From NCBI GenBank assembly GCA_963801165.1, contig CAWDDT010000004.1, forward strand, positions 512,001-576,000: a stretch of 64,000 nucleotides of DNA, written 5' to 3'. The DNA is from an uncultured bacterium. Lineage in GTDB: Bacteria > Actinomycetota > Acidimicrobiia > Spongiisociales > UBA5794. A program made the translations under genes and the position numbers. Shown here piece after piece: positions 8,972-19,040 of the stretch (the first letter of the stretch is position 1; every line of letters begins with the position of its first letter). The notes under the pieces are model-generated. The model did not search any database. It was not told the origin of the DNA and saw nothing but the letters and a program-made list of their open reading frames with translations.

Positions 8972-10867
8972 TCAGTTGGAGGGGTCGGGGAGAAGGTCGG
9001 CGATCCGGTCGAGAAGCTGTCGGTGGCTGAATGGCTTGTGGATCAGTAACGCTTCGTCAATCTGCGTTCCCGCACGCCCTTCGGGTGCATAGCCCGACAT
9101 ATACAGCACTGGCATCCGGGGTATCTGTTGGCGGAGTTTGGCGGCCAGTTGGGGCCCTGAGAGCTCCGGCATGACGACGTCGGTCAACATGAGGTCCGGC
9201 CGCTGGCCGCTCGCCACGAGCTCCTGTGCCTCGCCCGGTCCCAGCGCCTCAATTACTCGATATCCGGCGCCGCGAATTATGTCGGCGGTGATCTCGAGGA
9301 TGGTTGCGTCGTCTTCGACAACCATTACCACCTGCCCGCGCGGCGCCGGTTGGTTCGAGGTTGGTGTCGTGTCTGCGGGACGGCTTGTGGAGCGGGTGCA
9401 TGGGAGGTCTATTGAGAAGGTGGTTCCCTGGCCGGGGACCGATTCCACCTCGATGACGCCGCCGGCATCGATGACGGCGTCATAGACCGACGCCAGACCC
9501 AACCCGGTGCCGAGGCCGGGTGCCTTGGTTGTGAAGAAAGGCTCGAAGATCCTCGCTCGCGTCTCGGCGTCCATTCCGATGCCCGTGTCCTCCACCGTCA
9601 GGCGCAGCCATGGCTGTTCTGTTCCGTCGGGTGTTTGCTCGGTTGCGGGCGTGGTCGCAGTGGCGATCGTGAGGAGTCCGCCGACCGGCATCGCGTCTCT
9701 GGCGTTGGTTGCGAGGTTGATCACAACGGCGGAGAGGCGACCTTCGCCGAACCTGACGAATGGCGCCGTGGCTTTGAGCTGCAGTTCGATCTTGACATCT
9801 TCGCCGACGATCCGTTCTATCGACACGACCGTCGCCTCGAGCACTTTGTTGACGTCGATCAACTCCGTCGTTGGAGCCTGGGGCTGTCCGAGCTGCATGA
9901 GTGACGCCACCATTTCGGCGCCCTTGGTCACCGCACGCTCGATCGATTGGAGGCGGACGGCGGCCTTGTCCGAGAGGCCTGGCTCACGGCCCACGAATTC
10001 GACTTGTCCGCGGATGACGGCAAGGAGGTTGTTGAAATCGTGGGCAACACCACCGGCAAGGTTCCCGAGCGATTCCATCTGTGCGGCATGGAGGAGTCTT
10101 TCGTCCATGCGCTTGTACGAGTCTATGTCGCGGACGGCTCCGACCAGGCGCGCCTGTGGCGTTTCGCCGTGCAGGACCGAAGTTCCGTGCAATCGAAGCC
10201 AGCGGGCGCGACCCTGAACGGACCGAACTTGAAGTTCGATGTCAAGGGTTGACTCGTTCTCGACTGCCGTGTTGATGGCTTCCTCGAGCCGGGACCGGTC
10301 GTCTGGAAGGACACGCTCGAGGTAGTCGGCGAGCAGGTTAGATCTTCCCTGTTCGCTTACACCAAAAAGGCGCCGCGTTGCCGGGTCGCTAGCGATGGTG
10401 GCGGCATTCAAATCCATTTCCCAGATACCAAGGCCGGCAGTGGCAACTGCCACTTGCAATCGCTGTTCTCGATCGCGGAGTTCTTGCTCGGCTCTGCGGG
10501 CGTCGGTCACGTCTCGCATGATCCACACCTCTTCGTCCCTTCCGCGATACGCGCTGAATTCGACCAGACGGGGCGAACCCTCTCTGCGATAGACCGTCAG
10601 GACCACTGGTCGAGGGAAGCCTTCAGCCCGGGCGGTGACGTATGCGGCCTTGGCCTGCGGCTCATCCAGGCGATGGACGGCGTTGCCCCATTCGTCGAGC
10701 GTCGTCAGCTCCGATGCACGGTATCCGACGATCTCCCCCGCTAAGCGGTTCAGCCAAATCGAGTCGCCCGTGATGTGCGCGGCGGCACCTGGAAACCCTT
10801 CTACCAGAGCGCGGAGAGGTGAGGCTTCTGCCCCTGTGGCGCTGCGATCGGTTGACGAATCTGACAT
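8972..10867 (-). CDS. Cytoplasmic hybrid sensor histidine kinase (PAS-PAS-HisKA-HATPase-REC); start may be as far up as 10945
   Basis: [13 protein letters not shown]-box, [27 protein letters not shown], receiver LTDVVMP and KPF; no TM. Confidence 0.93.
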   Translation of the reverse strand: MSDSSTDRSATGAEASPLRALVEGFPGAAAHITGDSIWLNRLAGEIVGYRASELTTLDEWGNAVHRLDEPQAKAAYVTARAEGFPRPVVLTVYRREGSPRLVEFSAYRGRDEEVWIMRDVTDARRAEQELRDREQRLQVAVATAGLGIWEMDLNAATIASDPATRRLFGVSEQGRSNLLADYLERVLPDDRSRLEEAINTAVENESTLDIELQVRSVQGRARWLRLHGTSVLHGETPQARLVGAVRDIDSYKRMDERLLHAAQMESLGNLAGGVAHDFNNLLAVIRGQVEFVGREPGLSDKAAVRLQSIERAVTKGAEMVASLMQLGQPQAPTTELIDVNKVLEATVVSIERIVGEDVKIELQLKATAPFVRFGEGRLSAVVINLATNARDAMPVGGLLTIATATTPATEQTPDGTEQPWLRLTVEDTGIGMDAETRARIFEPFFTTKAPGLGTGLGLASVYDAVIDAGGVIEVESVPGQGTTFSIDLPCTRSTSRPADTTPTSNQPAPRGQVVMVVEDDATILEITADIIRGAGYRVIEALGPGEAQELVASGQRPDLMLTDVVMPELSGPQLAAKLRQQIPRMPVLYMSGYAPEGRAGTQIDEALLIHKPFSHRQLLDRIADLLPDPSN

Positions 10868-11011
10868 GTCAATCACTTCTATCGTTGTCTCGGCAGCCAA
10901 TTCGGTCGAATCGCCTATTCCGCCACTGTGGCGGGGCAAGGTCAACAGCCACTCCCTGCTCCATCAACGGAACATCAACGAACCGGCCCGGGGACTCCCC
11001 AAACGGCTTCA

Positions 11012-11758
11012 TCAGGGCGCGAATCGATATCCCGCCCCACGCATCGTTTCGATCCATTTTGGCTTGTCGGGATCCGTTTCGATCTTCCGCCGCAGCCGGT
11101 GGATGTGCTCACTCACGGTTGCTGCCGTCTGCCATTCGCCCGAGGAGCCCCATACGCGATCAAGGAGGACTTCTCGGGAAAAGACCTGCCGCGGTGACGA
11201 AGCTAGAAAAGCAAGGAGTTCGAACTCCAGGGCGGTCAGGGCAACGGTACGACCATCCACATTGACGTCGCGGCTCTTGAGGTCGATAGACAGGTCACCG
11301 AAGTCGAGTACTGCGGGAGTTCCCGTATCGGTGCTGCGTCGCAGAACAGCGTGCACCCGAGCGAGAAGCTCACGGTGTGAGAAGGGTTTCACCAAGTAGT
11401 CGTCGGCGCCCAGTTCGAGCCCAACAATCCGATCAGCTTCGCTTCCTTTCCCACTCACGATGATCGTGGGAACGCGGCCACCCTCCTGTATGCGCCGGAG
11501 TACGTCGAGTCCCGGCACCCCCGGCAGGCCCAAATCCAGCACAACTAAGTCGGGGTGGTGGCCGGGGAGCAGCCCGAGCAATGACTCTCCGTCGCCAACC
11601 GCGGTGACCTGAAAGCCGTCCTCCTCCAAAACGTCGCGGATGATCGCGCGGAGATCGAAGTCGTCGTCAACAACAACGATGTGGGATGTCCTACCACTTG
11701 CCACGGAGTGTCCGATCCGGTGCCGTCGTCTGATGTCGGCCTGATGATAGAAGCTCAT
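11012..11758 (-). CDS. OmpR/PhoB-family response regulator
   Basis: VVDDD, VLDLGLP, GADDYLVKPF, LTALEFELL, VSEHIHRLRRKIE, RGAGYRF. Confidence 0.95.
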   Translation of the reverse strand: MSFYHQADIRRRHRIGHSVASGRTSHIVVVDDDFDLRAIIRDVLEEDGFQVTAVGDGESLLGLLPGHHPDLVVLDLGLPGVPGLDVLRRIQEGGRVPTIIVSGKGSEADRIVGLELGADDYLVKPFSHRELLARVHAVLRRSTDTGTPAVLDFGDLSIDLKSRDVNVDGRTVALTALEFELLAFLASSPRQVFSREVLLDRVWGSSGEWQTAATVSEHIHRLRRKIETDPDKPKWIETMRGAGYRFAP

Positions 11759-11776
11759 TCCGGGGCCGGCTTCACA

Positions 11777-11831
11777 GTTGATCTGGAGTTGAAGTTGCGT
11801 TGAGCGCGTCTCGAGTCGCGTTCGTCACCAT
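11777..11831 (+). promoter_or_regulatory. Triple GTTGA direct-repeat box (11-bp period) plus -10-like CACCAT
   Basis: GTTGA at 11777, 11788, 11799; CACCAT 22 bp after the third repeat. Confidence 0.75.
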
Positions 11832-11870
11832 GGCAACAACGATCTTGTCAACGCGAGGAAGAGACGACTC

Positions 11871-13142
11871 ATGAGCTTTGTCCCGGGACGCTGGGTTGCC
11901 GCACGGAATGAAACGCCCACAGCAAGGCCGCGATCGCCCGTCTGGCGGGCGGTACTGGTACTCGCTGCCACAGCCACCCTTGCTGGGTGCGCTACCTCGC
12001 ACATTCCCTCGGCTCCCGCCGTGCCGACGTCACCGCTACCGACAACGCCGGTCCCTGTAACTGCGGTGACCGGCCCGGCACTGGCCCGCCTGCAGGAAGC
12101 CGTCGATCAGGCCCGCCTCGCATACGGCGCCCCCGGAGCGCTAGCCGTTGTTCACCGCGACGCGGAGCGTTTCGAGATCGCGTCCGGTATGGCCGACCGG
12201 TCGGGCACCCTTGTCTCGGCCGACATGCAATTCAGAGTCGGCAGCATCACCAAGTCCGTCGTCGCCGCTCTCGTGCTCGATCAGGTTGCACAGGGTCATC
12301 TCAGTCTCCAGGACGCCGCCGGAAATATCGTTGGAGATCCGCTGCGACCCGAGCCCCCGATCACTATACGCATGCTGCTCAACCACACCAGCGGGATCTT
12401 CGACATCGGAAACGAAGGGGACCCGGTAGCCGACATCGCTCGCCTCGACAGCCGCGATCTGATCGATGAAGCGCAGGCCCTTCAATACGCGGCCGCTGCC
12501 GGCCAGATGGTGGTTGCCTCCGATCGATTGACAATCGGTCTCGCCGAAACCCACGACCGCTACTTCCAGCCCGGCGCCGGCTTCCATTACAGCAATACCA
12601 ATTACCAGGTTGCCGCGATGGCATTGGAGGAGATCAGCGGTCGGGCGCTCGCCGAACTCGTTGAAGAACGGATCAGCCGACCCCTGAACCTCAACCAAAC
12701 GACACTGGCCCCGGATGATCTGCGCTCACCGGCGTTTCGCGGTAACGCCGTGGACACAATGACCGGCGAGCTCATCGACGCCACGGATGACCTGCTGGCG
12801 TTCGGCAACGGAGGGAGCGGCGGGCTGCTCTCTACCGCCGACGAGTTGACCACAATCATGCGCGCTATCGTCAACGGACCGTTGCTGCCTGCGGACCTAC
12901 GAGCCGAGATGATTCGGCCCACGCCCCAATCAGGTGACTCATACGGGCTCGGTATCGCCACCTACATCCTTCGCTGCGGAGTCTTCTACGGTCATGAGGG
13001 CAGCGTGAACGGAACGGCCTCGATCGCGCTCATCGACGGCTCCGGACGCAGCGTGGTGGTCGCCTTCAATCGGACCGGCGGAGATCCTCACCTCATCACT
13101 CTTGCGGAGCAGCTCGTTTGCTCATCGGTCCCGACATCATGA
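11871..13142 (+). CDS. Serine hydrolase lipoprotein (beta-lactamase / D-Ala-D-Ala carboxypeptidase family)
   Basis: LAGC lipobox, SITK (SxxK), LLNHTSG, YSN, HEG. Confidence 0.9.
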   Translation: MSFVPGRWVAARNETPTARPRSPVWRAVLVLAATATLAGCATSHIPSAPAVPTSPLPTTPVPVTAVTGPALARLQEAVDQARLAYGAPGALAVVHRDAERFEIASGMADRSGTLVSADMQFRVGSITKSVVAALVLDQVAQGHLSLQDAAGNIVGDPLRPEPPITIRMLLNHTSGIFDIGNEGDPVADIARLDSRDLIDEAQALQYAAAAGQMVVASDRLTIGLAETHDRYFQPGAGFHYSNTNYQVAAMALEEISGRALAELVEERISRPLNLNQTTLAPDDLRSPAFRGNAVDTMTGELIDATDDLLAFGNGGSGGLLSTADELTTIMRAIVNGPLLPADLRAEMIRPTPQSGDSYGLGIATYILRCGVFYGHEGSVNGTASIALIDGSGRSVVVAFNRTGGDPHLITLAEQLVCSSVPTS

Positions 13143-13182
13143 AGGTGGGTCGCATCCCCGACCGCGTTTCCCAGCATCGTGT

Positions 13183-13237
13183 GTTGAAGGGCAGTTGAAG
13201 TTGCGTTGACCGGAACGCCAAGTCGTCCATGCATCGT
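13183..13237 (+). promoter_or_regulatory. Triple GTTGA direct-repeat box plus -10-like CATCGT
   Basis: GTTGA at 13183, 13194, 13205; CATCGT 22 bp after the third repeat. Confidence 0.75.
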
Positions 13238-13392
13238 GGGCCTTGGTGATTGAGGGAGTCCGCAAATGTCGATGACCACAAGCCATGAGACGGCGGTTAT
13301 CCCTCGACCATCGGTGACCGGCCGGCGTACTGCCACGGTCTTCTCAGCAGCCCACACATATCCGTTGGGCGGTTCAGAGGTAAGGAGCACAA

Positions 13393-13668
13393 ATGCAATT
13401 AGTGATTTCCAGTGGTCTTGCGGCTGCTGCGGCTGCCGCGGCTGCTGCCGCCGTAGTCATCGTTGCCAGGCGACGCCAACCGTCTCCAAGCAGCAATCGA
13501 TCTCGCATATCGGATTCGGTAGCCCTGGCCATGCGGGTCGGGATGCTGGTCGGCATGCTCGTCGGACTCGCTGTCTGGTACTGGACCAAGAAGCCCGATC
13601 TCGGGATCTTGGTCATGGCGACAGGGGTGACAATTGGAAGTGGCATCGCCCGCAGAAGAGCCCGGTGA
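13393..13668 (+). CDS. Small hypothetical membrane protein
   Basis: AAGGAG RBS, three hydrophobic segments, poly-Ala stretch. Confidence 0.55.
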   Translation: MQLVISSGLAAAAAAAAAAAVVIVARRRQPSPSSNRSRISDSVALAMRVGMLVGMLVGLAVWYWTKKPDLGILVMATGVTIGSGIARRRAR

Positions 13669-13704
13669 GCTAATGCCGCGGCAGCGAAACCCACTCCTCC
13701 ACGT

Positions 13705-13759
13705 GTTGATTGGGAGTTGAACTTGCGTTGACCGTGGCGCCAGATGTCCTCTCCATCAT
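13705..13759 (+). promoter_or_regulatory. Triple GTTGA direct-repeat box plus -10-like CATCAT
   Basis: GTTGA at 13705, 13716, 13727; CATCAT 22 bp after the third repeat. Confidence 0.75.
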
Positions 13760-13787
13760 GTGCATCAAGTAACTGAAAGAGTCTCTG

Positions 13788-15371
13788 ATGACAATGACCG
13801 ATACCCCCGAAACGGCTGCCGAACAACTCCCACCGGCGGTGGCGAAGCGTGCGACTGCAGTTGGCGCGTCAGGCGTGAGGAGAGTCTTGGAGCCCGTATG
13901 GGCCGACTGGCGCATTGGTGTCGCCAACGCAGTATTCCTTGCAGCCGGTTTCGCGCTGATGAGCGCTTGGATCACTCCCCGCGGCCCGATAACGACGGCA
14001 GAAGCGCTGATCTCGATGGCGTTGGCGCTCATCGTGGGTGCCGGAGCCGGCCTGGCGACGGGGAGTCGGTGGAGCCTGTTGATCACGCCTGTCGTGTTTG
14101 CGATCGTTTTTGAGCTCGCGCGGGTTGGAACCAGTGGCCCGACAGTCGATGGGATCCACATCGACTCCATGCTGGAGGTCGTTGCCTTCGTAGTCGGTCG
14201 AGGCACCCACGGTGTCCTCGTGTTCATGCCGATGGTGGTGGGATCCTCGCTTGGTATCTGGATGGCCGGGCGGTTGGGTCGGCCGGCTACTCCCAGGCCG
14301 AGCCCGATCGCATGGATCATTGTCGGGCTACTCGCTGCATGCGTGGCCGTCGTTGCATTCTCCGTCGCCCGCCCGGCGTCAACTGCGCCGATCCTCGGAG
14401 CGGACGGGCAGCCGTTGGCAGGCAGTGTCGCCGAGTTGGTCTCGGTATCCATCGGGGGTCACGACCAGACGCTGATGATCCGAGGCAGGAGCGTCGACAG
14501 CCCGGTGCTGCTGTACCTCGCCGGCGGACCCGGCGGGACCGACCTTGGCGCTATGCGCGCGGACACCACGTTGGAACAGGGTTTTGTCGTCGTTACGTGG
14601 GACCAGCGAGGCGCCGGTAAGTCTTACGGCGCCCTCGACCCGATCGACACTCTTACCCTGGACCAGGCGGTCGACGACGCAATCGAGGTGACCAACTACC
14701 TGCGGGAACGCTTCGACGAAGAGAAGATCTACATCGTTGGCAACTCATGGGGCACGACCCTCGGAGTCCTCGCGGCACAACGCCACCCTGAGCTGTACCA
14801 CGCCTATGTGGGCACCGGCCAGATGGTCAGCCAAAGAGAGACCGATGTGATGTTCTGGGAGGACACCCTGGCCTGGGCAGAACGCACCGGAAACACGGGA
14901 CTCGCCGAGACGCTACACAGCAACGGCCCGCCCCCATACGACGACGTCACCCGCTACGAGTACGCCACCTCCTACGAACATGACTGGAATCCCTACCCGG
15001 AGTTTGATCCGGGCACCGAGATGCCGGCCGTCCTGTTTGTACCCGAGTACACATGGATGGATCGCGTCAACGGCTTCCGCGGTTTCTTCGACTCGGCGGC
15101 AGTGCTCTATCCCCAGCTCCAGGACATCGACTTCCGTGTCGACGTTCCTCAACTGGACGTGCCTCTGTACATGGTCCTCGGTGAGCACGAGGCCCGGGGC
15201 CGCGCCGTGCTCGCCGATGAGTGGTTCAACCTGGTCGAGGCACCGTCGAAGGAGAGGATTGTCTTTGCGGGTGCCGGGCACCGGCCGCAGTTCGACCAGC
15301 CGGGCCAATTCGCTGAAGTGATGAGCCAGGTTCTGGCCGAAACCTACGCCGATACCGCGGGAGGGAACTGA
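13788..15371 (+). CDS. Membrane-anchored alpha/beta hydrolase (prolyl aminopeptidase S33-like)
   Basis: N-terminal multi-TM region, AGGPG, WDQRGAGKS, GNSWG nucleophile, C-terminal GH. Confidence 0.85.
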   Translation: MTMTDTPETAAEQLPPAVAKRATAVGASGVRRVLEPVWADWRIGVANAVFLAAGFALMSAWITPRGPITTAEALISMALALIVGAGAGLATGSRWSLLITPVVFAIVFELARVGTSGPTVDGIHIDSMLEVVAFVVGRGTHGVLVFMPMVVGSSLGIWMAGRLGRPATPRPSPIAWIIVGLLAACVAVVAFSVARPASTAPILGADGQPLAGSVAELVSVSIGGHDQTLMIRGRSVDSPVLLYLAGGPGGTDLGAMRADTTLEQGFVVVTWDQRGAGKSYGALDPIDTLTLDQAVDDAIEVTNYLRERFDEEKIYIVGNSWGTTLGVLAAQRHPELYHAYVGTGQMVSQRETDVMFWEDTLAWAERTGNTGLAETLHSNGPPPYDDVTRYEYATSYEHDWNPYPEFDPGTEMPAVLFVPEYTWMDRVNGFRGFFDSAAVLYPQLQDIDFRVDVPQLDVPLYMVLGEHEARGRAVLADEWFNLVEAPSKERIVFAGAGHRPQFDQPGQFAEVMSQVLAETYADTAGGN

Positions 15372-15441
15372 TGGACGCCTCCTCGAAATCCAGCACCACC
15401 CGTACCGGCGAGCGCGAAATTCTTCGAAAGGAAGGAACACA

Positions 15442-16425
15442 ATGATTGCGATCGATTCTCCACCAGTCCGGTTGCCGGATCCGGGCCATCTGTCTTCCGA
15501 TCTGGCGCCTGCTGTCAAGATCGAGCACCTGACAAAACGGTACGGCCACAACACCGTTGTTGATGACCTGTCGTTCACCGTCCAACCTGGACGGGTCACC
15601 GGGTTCCTCGGACCGAACGGCGCCGGCAAGTCCACCACTATGAAGATCCTGCTCGGGCTTGCGTCGGCCGATCAGGGCCGGGCATTGATCGGAACCCAAC
15701 CCTACCGTGACCTCCCCGACCCGGCACGGACCGTCGGCGTTGTCATCGAGGCGGATGCGTTCCACCCCGGGCGGAGCGGACGCAACCACTTGCGCATCGT
15801 TGCCGATGCCGGCGGCTTTCCCGCAGAACGTGTCGACGAGATGCTGGAACTGGTCGGGATCGCCGATGCGGCCGACCGACGCGTCGGCGCCTACTCGCTC
15901 GGTATGCGGCAGCGTCTCGGATTGGCCGCTGCATTGCTCGGGGATCCGCCGATGCTCGTCCTGGACGAGCCGGGTAATGGGCTGGACCCACAGGGCATCA
16001 GAACGCTCCGTGATCTGCTGCGAGCTCGAGCCGCTGCCGGGAACACGGTATTTGTCTCCAGCCACCTGCTCGGAGAAGTGCAGCATCTTGCCGACGATGT
16101 CGTCGTCATCAACAAGGGACGTCTAGTCGCAAGCGGCTCGATCCGCGACCTGGAACAGACGGCCGCACTGGTGCGGACGGCTTCGCCCGAATTGCTCCGG
16201 GCGGTGCTCGAATCCGCAGGCGGTATCGCACAACCACAAGACAAGGACGCGCTCATCGTTCGCGGGCTGCCGATTGAAGAGATTGGCGACCGAGCCTTTG
16301 CAGCCGGTCTGGCTGTCCATGAGCTGTCGCAACATGCAGGTTCGCTCGAGGAATTGTTCCTGGACTGGACAAGCGCAACACCAAGCCACGCCGGCACGAT
16401 CGAAGAGGAGATTGAAACACGATGA
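15442..16425 (+). CDS. ABC exporter ATP-binding subunit
   Basis: GPNGAGKST Walker A, YSLGMRQR signature, LDEP, SSH. Confidence 0.95.
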   Translation: MIAIDSPPVRLPDPGHLSSDLAPAVKIEHLTKRYGHNTVVDDLSFTVQPGRVTGFLGPNGAGKSTTMKILLGLASADQGRALIGTQPYRDLPDPARTVGVVIEADAFHPGRSGRNHLRIVADAGGFPAERVDEMLELVGIADAADRRVGAYSLGMRQRLGLAAALLGDPPMLVLDEPGNGLDPQGIRTLRDLLRARAAAGNTVFVSSHLLGEVQHLADDVVVINKGRLVASGSIRDLEQTAALVRTASPELLRAVLESAGGIAQPQDKDALIVRGLPIEEIGDRAFAAGLAVHELSQHAGSLEELFLDWTSATPSHAGTIEEEIETR

Positions 16426-17168
16426 AATGGTCATACCTCGTACGAGCTGAACTCCGCAAACTCACCAGCACCAGAATGCCGTGGGCGTTTGTGATAGTCC
16501 TTCTGATAATCAGTGCGCTAACAGCGACGGCGGTCATCGCTGGAACCGACATGGATGGCAGCAAAGGGTTCATCGCAACCACCGCTGACCAGCAATCGTT
16601 GATGGCGTTCGCCTGGAACGCAATGATGGGAGCGGTCATTTTCGGCGCTATCGCTGTGGCCCGCGAGTACGGCCACGGAACAGTCGTTCCCACGTTCTTG
16701 AGCGCTCCGCGCCGGCATCGAGCTGTGCTCGCGCAGCTGACGGCCGTGTCCGTCGTCGGTGGCCTGCTTGGTGGTCTGGGCGCCGGGCTCACCGTTGCCG
16801 CGGTTGCAGCCGCGCTCCCGATGACCGACTACAGCTTCCTGCTGTCCATCGGAACCACAGCCCAACTGATCGCAGCTTCGGCGTTTACAGGAGCAGTCGG
16901 TGCGGTCATGGGGGCAGGCATCGGCGCAGTCGTTCGCAACACCGGCGGCGCCGTCACCGGAGCGTTCGTGACCCTCATTGTCGGTCCGCCTCTGGTCGTG
17001 CAAATGGCGAGCGGTGCCGCGTCCTGGGTGCCCGGCACTCTCGCCGGTGTTCTGTCCGGCATTGGCGGCGAAGTCGGCTTGCTTGCGGCGATTGCCGCCC
17101 TCATCATGTGGGCGGCCGTTCCGGCGGCGATGGGGCTCATCTCCACAATGAGGCGAGATGTGGTGTGA
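16422..17168 (+). CDS. ABC-2 type exporter permease
   Basis: AELRKL N-terminus, EY.HGT...T...PRR, six TMs, RRDV C-terminus; coupled to the ATPase. Confidence 0.88.
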   Translation: MKWSYLVRAELRKLTSTRMPWAFVIVLLIISALTATAVIAGTDMDGSKGFIATTADQQSLMAFAWNAMMGAVIFGAIAVAREYGHGTVVPTFLSAPRRHRAVLAQLTAVSVVGGLLGGLGAGLTVAAVAAALPMTDYSFLLSIGTTAQLIAASAFTGAVGAVMGAGIGAVVRNTGGAVTGAFVTLIVGPPLVVQMASGAASWVPGTLAGVLSGIGGEVGLLAAIAALIMWAAVPAAMGLISTMRRDVV

Positions 17169-17216
17169 ACCCGGCGAGCGGTGGTCTGAGCAAGCCGGAC
17201 GACCGAGAGACCTCCT

Positions 17217-18149
17217 ATGACGGATCGACACGACAACACAATTGGCGGATCCTCTAGCCTCGACGGGTGGCTCGCCATCGGGCTCGTCATCTTGGGATTG
17301 GGCACGGCCGTAGTAGCGCTTCTCGGTCCACTTGCAACAGAAGTGATTCGCTACCACGCCTCGGACGCAGCCATAAACCAGGTCGCCGGTGGTGACATGG
17401 CCGGACTGGTGCTGGTGGCGCCAATCAGTGTGATCGCCGGCATTCTTGTATGGCGGAGGAACAGGGCGGGCCGGGTCCTTGCATTGGGCCCGGCGGTCTA
17501 TGCGCTCTATGTCAATGCCCAGCTATCGCTGGGCGGGGACGTCACTCGCTATCCGGGCAACAGCGAACGGTTCTTCCCCCTCTACCTCGGGCTGTTTGTG
17601 CTCGCCGGTGCCATCGCCATCCGAGCGTGGACCGGCGTAGATCCCACAGCGCTACCGGCTACCCAACGGCGGATCGGCCGGGTGCTCGGCTGGTACGCCA
17701 TCGTGGTCTCAGTTTTTCTCGTCGTCGGGCTTCACGTGCCGGGTCTGATCGATGCTTGGCGAGACCATCCGACAAGTACTGAATACTTAGCCGACCCGGT
17801 TGTGTTCTGGCTTGTCAAGATGATGGACCTGGGCCTGGTGGTTCCCGCGCTGATGGCCACAGGAGTCGCGGCTCTCCGGGGCCGCGGAGGGTTAGACAGG
17901 GCCGGGTATGCCGCTGCGGGTTGGATGGCGCTTCTTGGAACCTCGGTTGCTGGCATGGCGGTCGTCATGCAGGCCACCGACGACCCCGCAGCGACGACGG
18001 CAAACACGGTCGCCTTCACGCTCTTCGCACTCATCGGACTGGCCATTGCCGCAGTCGTCTATCGGCCGCTGCTGGCTAGCGGGCCATCGGCATCAAAGCC
18101 CGACACTGCTTGTGATCGGCGACTGTCGAAGGGAGGGGCCGATGCTTGA
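17217..18149 (+). CDS. Hypothetical polytopic membrane protein
   Basis: About eight hydrophobic segments; in operon orientation. Confidence 0.7.
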   Translation: MTDRHDNTIGGSSSLDGWLAIGLVILGLGTAVVALLGPLATEVIRYHASDAAINQVAGGDMAGLVLVAPISVIAGILVWRRNRAGRVLALGPAVYALYVNAQLSLGGDVTRYPGNSERFFPLYLGLFVLAGAIAIRAWTGVDPTALPATQRRIGRVLGWYAIVVSVFLVVGLHVPGLIDAWRDHPTSTEYLADPVVFWLVKMMDLGLVVPALMATGVAALRGRGGLDRAGYAAAGWMALLGTSVAGMAVVMQATDDPAATTANTVAFTLFALIGLAIAAVVYRPLLASGPSASKPDTACDRRLSKGGADA

Positions 18150-19008
18150 AGGACGTCTTCAGTTGACCGATGGGCGCAGCATTTCCTACTCCGAGTGCGG
18201 GAGGCCAGCTGCGTCCGCGGTCATGTACTGCCACGGGTTCCCCGGCAATCGACGCGAGCTCGAGCTGATCGAGCGCACGCTCGACAGATGCGGGGTGGAC
18301 GCCCGACTGATCGCCCTCAACCGCCCCGGCTATGGGAGCTCAACATTTCAGCCGCATCGCACGATCCTCGACTGGCCGGCCGATGTTTCAGAGGCAGCAG
18401 ATCAACTCGGCATCGACCGCTTCGCCGTCCTTGGTGTCTCCGGCGGCGGTCCGTATGCGCTGGCGTGTGGATATGGCCTGCCCGATCGAGTGACCAGCAT
18501 CGGCATCGTGGCTGGCATCGCACCCATCGAAGCGCCCGGTATGGACCAGGCATCGTCGATCTCAGGACCATCCCCTCACCTGGCTATCCGCAGGCTCCAA
18601 TTCGCGTTGGCCGCATTCGCCTTCAGGAAGGGTCAAGGATCGCGTTTCGTCGATCAATCCGTCGCCACGATGGGACCGGCCGACCAGGCCGCGCTGGCTC
18701 AAATCGACATACGATCATGGTTCACGGACACTCTGTGCGAATCCTTCGAACAAGGCGGGCGCGCCGCCGCCCACGAGGCAAGCCTCTACCGAAGGGAATG
18801 GGGTTTCAACCCGGGGCGAATCACGGTCAAGACGCGCCTCTGGTATGGAGAGGCCGACCGAACCGTGCCGGCATCCGCGGGGCGGTGGCTGGCCGACCGC
18901 ATCCAGGGCGCGGACTTCTCCTACTGGCCTGACCAGGGACACTTCACCTGGATGCTCACCGACCATGGCGCGGAAGTGATCAACTCCACAGTGGGAGCTC
19001 TGCGCTGA
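18142..19008 (+). CDS. Alpha/beta hydrolase
   Basis: GGAGG RBS and ATG at 18142; HGFPG, RPGYG, GVSGGG, GHF. Confidence 0.88.
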   Translation: MLEGRLQLTDGRSISYSECGRPAASAVMYCHGFPGNRRELELIERTLDRCGVDARLIALNRPGYGSSTFQPHRTILDWPADVSEAADQLGIDRFAVLGVSGGGPYALACGYGLPDRVTSIGIVAGIAPIEAPGMDQASSISGPSPHLAIRRLQFALAAFAFRKGQGSRFVDQSVATMGPADQAALAQIDIRSWFTDTLCESFEQGGRAAAHEASLYRREWGFNPGRITVKTRLWYGEADRTVPASAGRWLADRIQGADFSYWPDQGHFTWMLTDHGAEVINSTVGALR

Positions 19009-19040
19009 TGCCATCACAGCGAAAGTAGTCCGGTTATCTC

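Noticed and set aside
13266-13673. Cys-rich ORF (CGCCGCRGCC) as a metal-binding or RiPP precursor peptide
   Set aside because: The Cys run is the off-frame reading of the poly-Ala codons of the 13393 membrane protein, which has the better RBS and composition
11777-13731. GTTGA repeats or other repeats as a CRISPR array
   Set aside because: Units are 5 bp at 11-bp phase in separate intergenic regions; no repeat-spacer array and no cas genes in the window
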